Of a DNA stretch of 64,000 nt, positions 37,775 through 49,712 are shown in pieces. Source of the DNA: Mobula hypostoma (Eukaryota); the NCBI RefSeq assembly GCF_963921235.1, contig NC_086101.1, positions 7,380,001 to 7,444,000 of the forward strand, in the 5' to 3' direction. Under the pieces are notes generated by a model. That model had not been told where the DNA came from, ran no database searches, and saw only the letters and a program-made list of their open reading frames with translations. Both the position numbers and the translations under genes were made by a program. Each line of letters begins with the position of its first letter. Positions within the stretch are counted from its first letter, which is position 1.

Positions 37775-40700
37775 TGTGGACAATTAGAGATTAGAGATTG
37801 GTCAGTATGACGTTGTGGGCATTACTGAGTTGTGGCTGAAAGAAAGTTGGGAGCTTAACATCAAAGGATATACTTTGTATCGAAAGGGCAGGCAGGAAAG
37901 CAGAGCCAGTGGTGTGGCTCTATTGGTAATAGGTGGAATTACATCTTTAGAAAGAGGTGACATAGGGTTAGAGTATGTTGAATCTTTGTGGAAGGGGTTA
38001 AGAAACTGCAAAGGCAAAAAAAATATTTATGGGAATTATATATAGGCCTCCAAAAAGTAGCCAAAATGTGGGGTTCAGATTGCAAAGGGAGCTGGAAAAG
38101 TCATGTAATGAAGGTAATGTCACATTTGTAATGGAAGACATCAATATACAAGGGGATTGGGAAAATCACATTGCTGTTGGATTTGTTAAATGCCTACAAG
38201 ATGGCTGTTTACAGCAGCTTGTGCTTGAGCCTACTCAGGGAAAGGCTATCTTATATTGGGTGTTGTGTAAAAACCCAGATCTTATTAGGGAGCTCAATGT
38301 AAAGGAAACCTTAGGAGACAGTGATCAAAATATGATTGAATTCATACTGCAATTTAAGAGGGAGAAGCATAAGTCACACATATCAGTATCACAATGGAAT
38401 AAAGGGAATTACAGAGGCATGAGAGAGGAGCTTCTCCAGGTGGATTGGAGGAGAATAATGGTGGAGATGACAACAGAGCAGAAATGGCTGAAGAGTCTGG
38501 GAATACCTCACAAGACGCAGGACAGATATGTCCCACAGAGGAAGAATTTCTCAAATGGCAAGGGTAGGCAACCATGGCTGGCAAAGGAAGTTGATTGGGA
38601 AGCTTTTAAAATTCAACATAAGGCAACTATAAAAGCCATAAGATTAGGTTAGATTATGAGGACACACAGTCCTCTTTTATTGTCATTTAGTAATGCATGC
38701 ATTAAGAAATGATACAATATTCCTCCAGTATGATATCACAGAAACACAAGACAGACCAAGACTGAAAAACTGACAAAAACCACATCATTATAACATATAG
38801 TTACAACAGTGCAAGCAATACCGTAATTTGATAAAGAACAGACCATGGGCACGGTAAAAAAAAGTCTCAAAGTCTCTCGAAAGTCCCATCATCTGATGCA
38901 GATGGTAAAAGGAGGAAAACTCTCCCTGCCACGAACCTCCAGCACTGTAAACTTGCCGATGCAGCACCCTGGAAGCACCCGACCACAGTCGATTCTTGAG
39001 TCCGTCCGATAACTTCAAGCCTCCGACCAGCCCTCCAACTCTGAGCACCGAGCACCATCTCTGCTGAGCACTTCGACACCGGCCCTGGCCACCAAGCAAT
39101 AGGCAAAGCCGAGGATTTTGCCCTTCCCCTCCGGAGATTCTTGATCGCACAGTAGCAACGGCAATGAAGCGGGAATTTCAGAAGTTTCTCCAGATGTTCC
39201 TCCGTGCTTCTCACATCTGTCTCCATCAAATCAGGATTGTGCATGGTACCGTACTTAACAAATACAGATATCATTCATCGGAGAGGCCGCGCGCGCTACG
39301 TCACGCTGCCATCTTCTCCTCCCCACAAAAAAAGTTGAAATATAAGGGCAAACTAGCCAATAATATAAAGCAGGATACTGAAAATTTTTTCAGTTATATA
39401 AAGAGCAATAGGGAGGTGAGATTTGATATTGTACCACTGGAAAATGATACTGGTGAGGTAATAATGAGGGCAAAGAAATGGCAGATGAAATTAATGGGTA
39501 ATTTGCATCAATCTTCACTGTGGAAGACATTAGCAGTGTGCCAGAAATCCGTGAGTGTCAGAGAGCAGGAGTGTGTGGCATTGCTATTACTGCAAGGCAA
39601 ACTGAAAGGTCTGAAGATGGATATGTCCTCTGGACCAGATGGACTACACCCCAGAGTCCAGCTAAAGGTTGCTGAAGAGGTAATGGATGCATTGGTCATG
39701 ATCTTTGAAGAATTACTTGACTCTGGCATGGTCCCAGAGGACTGGAAGATTGCAAATGTACTTGGAGACTAATGATAAAATAAGTTGAAACCAGCATGGT
39801 TTCTATAAAGGGAAATCTTGCCTGAAAAATCTGTTGGAGTTCCTCAGAGAAGTAACCAGCAAAGTCATTTACCTGGATTTTCAGAAGGCGTTTGATAAGG
39901 TGCCACACATGAGGCTGCATAACAAGATATGGCATTCCCGGAGAGATACTGGCATGGATAACAGAATGGCTGACAGGCAGGAGGCAGCGAGTGGGAATAA
40001 AGCGGCCTTTTCTGGTTGGCTGCCAGTGACTGGTGGTGTTCCTCAGGAATCAGTACTGGGACCACTACTTTTCACTACTTTTCACATTGTTTGTCAGTGA
40101 TTAGGATAATGGAATTGGTGGCTTTGTGGCAAAGTTTGCAGATAATACAAAGACAGATGGAGGGGTGGGTAGTGCTGAGAAATCAATGTGATTGCAGCAG
40201 GACTTACAGGTGAGTTGGAAGAATGGGCAAAAAAGAAGCAGATGTAATACACTGTTGGGAAATTAATGATAATGCATTTTGGTAAAAGAAACAATAGTGC
40301 AGACTATTATCTAAACGGGGAAAAAAATTCAAACCCCAGAGGTGCAGGGAGACTTGGGAGTCCAGGCAGAAGACTCCAAGAAAGTTAAATTACAGGTTGA
40401 GTCTGTGGTAAATACAACGTTGCCATTTATTTCAAGGGGAATAGAAGATAAAAGCAAGGAAATAATGCTGAGGCTTTATAGGACACTAAACAGGCCGCAC
40501 TTGGACTATTGTCAACTGTTTTGGGCCTCCTATGTTTCTCACTGTCCCAGGTGTGTTCTTATTGGAGAGAGTCCAGAGGAGGTTCTCGAGGATGATTCTT
40601 GGAGAGAAGGAATTAATATGTGAGGAGCGTTTGGCAGCTTTGGGCCTGTACTTGCTGAAATTTAGAAGAATGCGGGAGGATCTCGTTGAAACTTACCGAA

Positions 40701-41060
40701 TGCTGAAAGGACTAGATAGAGTGGATGTGGACAGGATGTTTTCTATGATGTGGGTATCCAGAACTAGAGGGCACAGCCTCAAAATTGAGGGGCGACCTTT
40801 TAGAACAGAGTTAAGGAGGAATTTTTTCACCAGAGAGAAGTGAATCTGTGGAATGCTCTGTCACAGACTGTGGTGTAGTCCAAGTCCATGGGTATATTTA
40901 AAGCAGAAGTTGATAGTTTCCTAACTGGTCAGGGCATCAAATGATTTGGCAAGAAGGCAGGTGTATGGTGTTGAGTGGGATCTGGGATCAGCCATGTTGA
41001 TATGGTGGAGCAGACTCTTTGGGCTGAATGGCCCAATTCTGCTCCTTTGTCTTATGATAC
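37775..41060 (+). mobile_element. Decayed CR1 LINE ORF2 (EN-RT-3' UTR), interrupted at 38641-39321
   Basis: GITELWL, IYRPP, GPDGLHPRV, YLDFQKAFDKVPH and PQESVLGP motifs with frameshifts. Confidence 0.88.
38641..39321 (-). mobile_element. Non-coding about 680-bp non-autonomous retroelement inserted into CR1
   Basis: Splits the CR1 reading frame (IKAI | KKLKYKGKLA); minus strand starts ggaggagaagatggcagcg and ends aataaaagagg...(taatc)n-like tail; CpG-rich, so likely young. Confidence 0.6.
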
Positions 41061-41469
41061 AATTGGGCGATCTTGGATGGCCGCCATGCTGCTGTGAGCG
41101 GTTACTTTGGTAATTTTAAACAAAATCAGGTTCATTATCACTGACAAATGTCATGAAAATGCTGTTTTGTGTCAGCAGCGCTGTGCATTGCATGAAATAA
41201 ATTTCTGTAAGTTACAATAAGGAATAGATAAAAATGTAAGCCGTTCACAAAGAGACCAAATGAGTGAGGTGGAGTTCACAGGACCATTCAGAGATCTGAG
41301 GGGGGGAGGGGGGAGGAGCTTTCCCTAAAATGCTGAGTGTGTGTCTCCAGGCTTTTTTATTCCTTCCAGATGGCAGTAATGAGAGAGGAGGGCTTGTCCT
41401 GGATGGTGAGAGTGCTTCATGATGGATGCTGCTGTCTTGAAGCATCACCTTTTTACTTTGCCTCCAACA

Positions 41470-41665
41470 GGACCACAGCCTTGTCATGGTTTGGAGGATT
41501 GTGTGTCTCAGTGCCCCAGAGAGCTATGTTGACTGGAGTGAGGGCTCTTGATAGGTCATCCATGCCAAACAGGTCAAAAAGTAGATTGGGCGATCGTTCC
41601 TTGGGTTCAGGGGTAACAACTCTGACTGGTCAAACAAAACTGTTTTGGAAATAGCAACGAAAGAT
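41470..41665 (+). mobile_element. RTE-like 5' UTR fragment
   Basis: ccttgtcatggtttggagg...ccagagagctatg...ggtca.ccatgccaaacaggtca; also present at about 43785-44015, upstream of RTE ORF remnants. Confidence 0.55.
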
Positions 41666-41814
41666 CCTTCTACATCTGGGTGGCCAAGGACAGATAGGTG
41701 GAGGGCCGTCATTGCTGCCCCAAACATCAGCACTGTAACGGGCAGTACGTGAGTACAGAGCAGAGTCGTCCCTCCCGGCCCTTCGAGCCACACTGACCTG
41801 CAACCACCGGTGAT

Positions 41815-42235
41815 GGTGGCATCCGTTAGTCTCGCGAGACCATGGATCTGCGCCTGGAAAGGAAGTGTCCTCTCCAGGGCGCAGGCCTGGGCAAGGTTGT
41901 ATGGAAGACCAGCAGTTGCCCATGCTGCAAGTCTCCCCTCTCCACGACACTGATGTTGTCCAAGGGAAGGGCAAGGTTCCGATACATCTTGGCACCGGTG
42001 TCGTCGCAGGAGCTGCCAGAACAAGGTTGAAGGCAACGTCGGACTGCCTTAGGGACTCCAGCTCCAGGTTTGTCCTCAGGGTTTACTCCCGAAGCCTTTC
42101 CCATGAGTGGGTATGGCCGCAAGGCAGCAGAGGTTTGAAATCAGAGTTTTCCCTCTCTTAGATGGACTGGCTTCCCAGGCTGATGAGCTCCACCTACCTG
42201 AAGCACTGGTTTTAAGGTGCCAGGACACGCCTTCA
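41815..42235 (-). mobile_element. Bipartite non-autonomous RTE-derived element
   Basis: Shares about 190 bp of 3' sequence with the SINE at 37458-37768, but its 5' part is RTE-UTR-like (ctcatcagcctgggaag..agtccatcta.gagagggaaaactctga) instead of tRNA+CORE. Confidence 0.6.
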
Positions 42236-43784
42236 GCCACCAGCTGTCTTATGGAACCCTAAACTAAACACGCGACAAGTTACAATGGCGAATAAGCCTA
42301 TCCAGTTCGTGTTTGGACTGCAGGAGGAAACGGAAGGAGCTGGAGAAAGCCCATGCATCCCAAGGGGAGGATGGACAGACACTCCTTACAGAACGGCGGC
42401 GAAATTGAGCCCTGAACTTTGGGACACCCCAAACTGCAGTAGCGGCAAGCCAACTGTTGTGATTTCATCATTTAACCACATCACCATCACCAGCACCTTC
42501 TCCAGCCAGTCTCCTCCAACGGTGATGAGCTGTCAGGTTATCTGACCGCTATCAATTAACATTCAGTGTGGTTTTGTGTATGAAAGGAGTGTTGATGGGA
42601 AAAAGTTTTAGGAAAGTATGGAGAAGGTTATGGGGTCTGATGGGATTACTCTGTTGCGGGCTAGCATGCACCCAGTGAGGCAAATAATATCCTCTTCCTC
42701 AGTGATAAGTGAGCATCTCCATGGTGTACAATTTAATCATGTCTAAGTGTCTAGGGACCATGGGGTAGTGATGCAAAAACAGGTTTGAATCCCAGTTTAG
42801 CAGCTGGGATTTTAATGAATGTAATTGAATGAATTCTGAAATCACAGGGCTATTATCAGTAATTGGATTTTGGTGAAAAACACATCTGGTTCATTAATTC
42901 TCATTCAGGGAAGGGATTTTGCTGCCCTTTGAAGAGCAGGGGTGTACAGAGGCCTGTGACAATGTGGAATATTCTTAACGGGTGACACAATACTGTAGCG
43001 GTTAGCAGAATCTCTTTATAGCTCCAGCGATCGTGGATTGGGGTGCAATTCTCTAAGGCATTTGTACGTTCTGCCAATGACTGTGTGGGTTTCCTCTGGG
43101 TGCGCTGGATTCTCCCTTCATTCCCACAATGTGTGGTCAGGGCTAGTGCGTCGTGGCCTTGCTATGTCACCACGAGAAGCATGGCGACGTTTGCAGGCTG
43201 ACCCAAGTACATCCCTGGACTGAGTTGGTGACACAAAATACGTATTACACTGCATGTTTCAAACCTTCCCCTATGTTTTATGGTCTAAAGATTAGAGATT
43301 TCTTTAAAAAAAGATCAGCTTTATTTGTCACATGTGCATCGAAACATGCAGTAACCTTACTCATAAGTTGGTGCCAATAACTAAATGAAGTGGTCCCCCC
43401 GATTATTTTCCAAAAATGATTGTAGATGAGTACAGAGAAAATCGACAAGGATGTTGCCGGGACTGGAGGACCTGAGTTATAAGGAAAGATTGAATAGTTT
43501 ATGGCTTTATTCTTTGGAATGTAGAAGATTTGAGAGAGGTATACAAAATTATGAGGGGTATAGATAGGCTAAATGCAAGTAGGCAGGCTTTTTCCAGGTC
43601 CATGGATGGCAGGGGTATGGAGGGTACAAGTTGATGCAACTAGGGAGTCTAAATGGTTTGGCACAGACTAGATGGGCCAAAGGGCCGGTTTCTGTGCTGT
43701 CCATTTCAGGAATAACCCCAATGCTGTAATGTGGGAAGTTCAGCAGACAATTTGTGCATAGTTATCTCCCACAACCTCCAAAAG

Positions 43785-44885
43785 GACCGCAACCTCATCA
43801 TGGTTCAGGGGCTTGCATGCCTCAGTGACCCAGAGACCTATGCTGGCTGGAGTCAGGGCTTTATGCTTTGGCCCTTAATTGGGTCACCCATGCCAAACAG
43901 GTCAAGGAGTTGATGCCAGACTAAGTGTGGACCACTGGTTCTCCAGATTCACAGGTTCAGCTCACAGCTAACAACCCAAACTGGTCAAACAAAACTGTTA
44001 CAGGAACAGCAAAGAGGAATCTTTTTACGTTTGAGTATCTCACTAAGAGCAAGATGAAACTTGTTTTTGGAATGTACAACACTGGCAAGCTGGTACGTTT
44101 AACCACAGAATTGCATTGTTACAGCCTACATATCATATACTGGGTGTCAGTGAAAGCAGATAAGTTGGTGACACACATCAAAGTTGCTGGTGAACGCAGC
44201 AGGCCAGGCAACATCTCTAGGAAGAGGTACAGTCGATGTTGCGGGCCGAGACCCTTTGTCAGGACTAAGTGGCAAAATTGGTGAAACAGTTTTGTACTCA
44301 GAAAGGAAAGGTGGTCTGTGTCATGATGGCGTAGCTGACATTTTGAAGAAAGACATGGAGAAGTGCTTGTTGGAGTGCAAACCAATCAACAGCAGCCTGA
44401 AACATATGGGGATCAGCAAATACAGTGTCCATACCAAGGTGAAGCTGTACCAGAGCTGTGTTCTGTCCACACTCTTGTATGGGTCAGAATGTTGGCATGT
44501 GACAGAGAGTGACCTTGTCAATCTGTTGTCATTTCACACCACGAGTCTCCAGGAGATCCTCCACACCTTCTGGTCAAGAATGAACTCCAATACTGCCCTA
44601 CTTCAGTGCCTTAAGAGGACATGACCACAGTCATCCTGAAGAAGAATTAGAGACATGAGAAGGGAGGCTAACTCCACCATCAAAGCAGCACTTGTCTTTT
44701 CCCCTGCAGGGCAGAAGAAACACAGGAAACCAAAGACAACTTGGCGCCACACTGTAGAGGCGGAAATGAGAGCCCCGAATCACACCTGGGGATCAAAAGA
44801 GAAGATGGCCAAGGACACTCAGAGATGGAGCACCTCCATTGCTGCCCTAAATGTCAATGTTGTAATGAGCAGGAAGTAAGTAGCT
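43785..44885 (+). mobile_element. Internally deleted RTE LINE with a short Penelope pLTR insert (about 44170-44266)
   Basis: TKVKLYQSCVLSTLLYGSECW and RKPKTTW..TVE RTE C-terminal motifs; (aagt)n tail. Confidence 0.7.
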
Positions 44886-46584
44886 TCCCAAAGTGACTGG
44901 TTGTCATGGAAACCAGTGGTGTGTGGGATGCTGCTGATTTCCTTCATCATCAATCCAATTTGGTGCGGAGGCTGTGAGGGTTGAGAGCTTCAGTTTCCAG
45001 GATGTAAACATCACCAAGAACTTGAGTAGCTCATGCACAGAGGGTCAGGCAGCATCTATGGAGAGGAACAAACAGTCAAGACCTTCATCAGGATTGAAAA
45101 GGAATTGAGCAGAAGCCAGAAAAAGGTGGTGGGTGGAAGGGAAGGAGCTCAGCGTTGACTCACAGGAGTAAGTGTTGATCCCAGGACAGTGAGGAGACCT
45201 CCTCTGCTCATAGAAACGGTAGCCATGACATCCAAACTCAGGATTATGTTCACTGACATGTGAGTGTTGTGAACTTTGTTGCTTTGTGGCAGCAGTGTAG
45301 TGCATCACAACAAAATGTTGTTACGTTACAATGGGAATATAAAAACGGGCAGTGCAAAAAGAGAGCAAAACGTGAGGTAGTGATCATGGGCCACTCAGAA
45401 ATCTGATGGTCGAGGGGATGAATCAGTTCCTAAAGCTTTCAGCGCATGTCTTCAGGCTCCTGTACCTCCTCCCCAGTGGTAATGATGAGAAGAGGAGATG
45501 TCCTGGAAGGTGGGGGTCCTCAATGGTGGGTGCCACTTTCTTGAGATGTTTACCTATTGAAATTGTCTTTGAGAGTGTGGAAGCTGGTGTCCATGATCTT
45601 CCTGGCTGTGTTTACAACCCTTGACAGCTTGATCTGATCCTGTCCATTGGCCCCTCCGTAGCAGACAGAATGTTGTCCATGCTACGTTTGTCGAAATGTG
45701 TTGGAGCCATTGGTGACAAATCTCCTCCGGCTTCGAATGAAATATAGTCTTTGTCTTGCCCCCTTCGTAATTGCATTAACATGTTCAGCCCAGGACAGAT
45801 GGTCAGAGATGCTGACACCCAGGAACCTGAAGCAGCTCACCCTTTTCACTGCTGCTGGGTGCATCTTAAGCTTTCACCCAGGATAACAGGAAGTTACCCT
45901 GGGTGGACAGGAAACAGGAAGTTCAACATCTCAGTGGAAGGAGGGCACCTCCAGCAGGGTGCTGCTTTCTGCGGGTGACCCCCCAACCCGGATTATTGCA
46001 CCCTAACATCTGCCCTGTGTCACCAATGCCACCCACAAGTTTCTACAGATGTAGGGTGGGGAGTATTCTAACTGGTTGCATCCTCGCCTGGTATGGAGGC
46101 GTCACTGTTCAGGATTGGGAGAAGCTGCAAACTCAGCCAGTTGCATTATGGGTCCCAGCCTCCCCAGCATCCAGGCCAGCTTCAAAAGGTGATGCCTGAG
46201 AAAACCGGTGTCCATCGTTAAGGGCCCCCATCGCCCTGGACATGCCCTCTTCTCATTACTACCAACAAGCATGAGGTACAGGAACCTGAAGGCACACCCT
46301 CAATGTTTCAGGAACAGCTTCTTCCTCTCCACCATCAGATTTCGGAATGGACATTGAACCCGTGAACTATTCCTCAGTATTTTTTCCTCTCTTTTTGCAC
46401 TAATTTAATTTTTTAATACAGTTCTTATTGTAATTTATAGTTTTGATTACTCTACCACAAAACAACAAATTTCTCTGCATTCGCCGGTGATATTAAATCT
46501 GATTCTGTGGGACCGCTGGCTCGGGAGGTGGCGGGAAGCATACTGACGCAGAATTTAACACAGTGTTTTGCTATTTTGTTACAG

Positions 46585-46758
46585 CCTCGTCAGCCATGTC
46601 TGCCTGGATACCTGGGCATTGCTCCAAATGGCACACAGTCCCAGATCAGAATCATGAACCCCCCGAGATCGCCGCATGACTACCTCCCCATTGCCGTGCT
46701 GACCACCATCTGCTGCTTTTGGCCAACGGGGATCTTCGCCATTATCAAAGCGCTGGAG
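46585..46758 (+). CDS. prrt1: PRRT1-like coding exon 3 (start of CD225/dispanin domain)
   Basis: Acceptor ttttgttacag|; reads PRQPCLPGYLG...PPRSPHDYLPIAVLTTICCFWPTGIFAIIKALE; donor GAG|gtaaat. HDYxPIAVLTTICCFWPTG is the PRRT1-type CD225 signature. Alternative in-frame acceptor at 46594. Confidence 0.93.
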
Positions 46759-47614
46759 GTAAATGAAGCCACCCTCACTCATCTCACTTCCCATGGATTA
46801 AGCATCAGTGTAGCATCTGGTCATAGTGCCATAGAGCATGACAGCACAGAAACAAGCCCTTCGGCCCATCTAATCCATGCTGATTTGTTGTTCTGCATAG
46901 TCCCATTGACTCGCCAGTTGGACTTGATCTAGCCTACTGAGATATTTCCTTGACAGATATAGAATCAAAATCAGGTTCATAGTCACTGACATTAGAAAAT
47001 AGAACATAGAACAGTACAGCTACGTACAGGCCCTTCAGCCCACTATGCTGTGATGACTTTTTAACCCACCCCAAGATCAATCCAACTCATCTTTGTCGCA
47101 TAGCCCTCTATTTTTAATTCAACAATGTGTGTATTTAATAGCCTCTTAAATGTCTGTAATATATCTGCCTCTACCACCACCTCTGGCAGGATGTTCCACA
47201 CACCCACCACTCTCTTTTTAAAGAAAAACTGCCTGTAGTTTTCCAAACATAAAGGAAATTTATTAGCAAATTCCATAAATGTTACTATGTACTACCTTGA
47301 AATTCATTGTCGTACAGGGTTTTACAGGAAAATGAAAAGCGATATAGAATTTATGAAAAACTATACTTAAATAAAAACTGACAAACAACCAATCTGCAAA
47401 AGAAGGCAAATTGTGCAAATAATAAAGTAAATACCAAAACACCCATGGCTTCTTCCAATCAACTTAAGATTATGCTCCCTCTTATTATCCATTTCTGACC
47501 TGTGAAAAAGTGTCCAGCTTTCCACTCTGTCTATGCCTCTTTTCATCTTGTACACCTCTAACAAATCCCCCCTCATCCCTCTTCACGCCAAAGAGAAAAG
47601 CTCCAACACTCTCA

Positions 47615-49110
47615 ACCTTCTAGATCTCTAACATTACCTAGCTCTCTGAACTTTTTGTCAGCTTTTCTTCTCTTCTTGACAAGATTTATTACAGCCTTTG
47701 TGCACCACGGTTCCTCTACCCTACCATAACTTACCTGTTTCATTGGAACGTACCTATGCAGAACTCCACACAAATATCCCCTGAACATTTGCCACATATC
47801 TTTCGTACTTTTCCTTGAGAACATCTGTTCCCAATTTAAGCTTCCAGATTCCTACCTGATAGCTTCATATTTCCCCCTACTCCAATTAAACACTCTTCTA
47901 ACTTGTCTGTTCCTATCTGTCTCCAATGCTATTGTAAAGGAGATAGAATTGTGACAGCATCTCCAAAATGCTCTCCCACTGAGAGATCTGACACCTGACC
48001 AGGTTCATTTCCCAATACCAGATCAAGTACAGCCTCTCCTCTTGTAGGCTTATCTACATATTGTGTCAAGAAACCTTCCTGAACACACCTAACAAACTCC
48101 ACCCCATCTAAACCCCTTGCTCTAGGGAGATGCCAATCGATATTTGGGAAATTAAAATCTCTCCACGCGACAACTCTGTTATTATTACATCTTTCCAGGA
48201 TCTGTTTCCCTATCTGCTCCTCGATATCTCTGTTACTATTGGGCAGCCTATAAAAAACACCAGTAAAGTTATTGACCCCTTCCTGTTCCTGACCTCCAGC
48301 CACAGAGACTCCATAGACAATCCCTCCATGGTGTCCACCTTTTCTGCAGCAGTGACACTATCTCTGATGAACAGTGCCAAGCCCCCACCTCTTTTGCCTC
48401 CCTCCCTGTCCTTCTGAAACATCTAAAACCTGGTACCTGAAGTAACCAGCCCTGTCCCTGAGCCATCCAAGTCTCTGTAATGGCCACCACATCATGTCTC
48501 CAAGTACTGATCCACGCTCTAAGCTCATCCACTTTGTTCACAACACTCCTTGCTTTAAAATAGACACATCTCAAACCCGTCCATCTGAGCGCGTCCCTTC
48601 TCTATCACCTGCCTATCCTCCCTCTCGCACTGTCTACAAGCTTTCTCTATTTGTGAGCCAACCTCCTCTTCCCCAGTCTCTTCATTTCAGTTCCCACCCC
48701 CCAACAATTCTAGTTTAAACTCTCCCCGGTAGCCTTAGCAAACCTCCCTGCCAGGATATTGGTCCCACTGGGATTCAAGTGCAACCCGTCCTTTTTGTAC
48801 GGGTCACGCCTGGCCCAGAAGAGGTCCCAATGATCCAAAAATCTGAATCCCTGCCCCCTGCTCCAATCCCTCAGCCATGCATTTATCCTCCACCTCATTC
48901 TATTCCTATACTCACTGTCACGTGGCACAGGCAGTAATCCCGAGATGACTACCTTTGTGGTCCTGCTTCTCAACTTCCTTCCTAACTCCCTGCAGTCTTT
49001 TTTCAGGACCTCCTCCCTTTTCCTACCTATGTCATTGGTACCAATATGTACCATGACTTCTGGCTGTTCTCCCTCCTACTGCAGGATATTTTGGATGCAA
49101 TCTGAAACAT
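47615..49110 (-). mobile_element. CR1 LINE 5' part: ORF1 SGNH esterase domain and ORF2 endonuclease
   Basis: ORF 48710-49054 VHIGTNDI...VVISGLLP...IN.WL..W...GF.F.D.W......Y.KDGLHLN..G (SGNH blocks III and V); ORFs 48269-48574 and 47929-48303 are APE motifs. Confidence 0.88.
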
Positions 49111-49712
49111 CAATATAATGAAACATTATATTATTGGCTAGTTTGCCCTTCATTTCATTTTTTCTCTTCTTATAGCTTTTTTAATTGCCTTTTGTTAGAT
49201 TTTAAAAGCTTCCCAATCATCCACCTTCCCACTCGCTTTTGCTATCTTATATGCCCCTTCCTTGGCTTTTACGCAGTCCTTAACTTTCCTTGTCAGCCAC
49301 AGTTGTCTACACCTGCCACTTGAGAACTTTTTCCTCTGTGGGATGTATCTATTCTGTGCCTTGTGAACTACTCCGAGAAACTTCAGCCATCTCTGCTCTG
49401 CCATCATCCCCTCCAGTGTCCTCCTCCAATCCACCTGGGCAAGTTCCTCTCTCATGTCTCTGTAATTCCTTTTGTTCCATTGTGATACTGATAGATGTGA
49501 CTTGTGCTTCTCCCTCTCAAATTTCAGTATGAATTAAATCATCTTATGATCACTGCCTCCTAACGTTTCCTTTACATTAAGCTCCCTAATAAGATCTCGG
49601 TTATTACACAACTCCCTGTCTATGATAACCTTTCCCTGAGTAGGCTCACGCACAAGCTGCTCTAGAAAGCCAACTCTCGGGCATTCAACAAAATCCCTCT
49701 GTTGTGATCCAT
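49110..49712 (-). mobile_element. CR1 ORF2 fragment, inverted relative to the similar copy at about 38170-38640
   Basis: MREELAQVDWRR...EQ.WLK.LG...Q.RY.PQRK.FS.G..RQ.WL shared with ORF 38029-38652. Confidence 0.85.

Noticed and set aside
42175..42210. ctgatgag...gaag hammerhead-like string
   Set aside because: No GAAA, no stem II pairing and no stem I closure.
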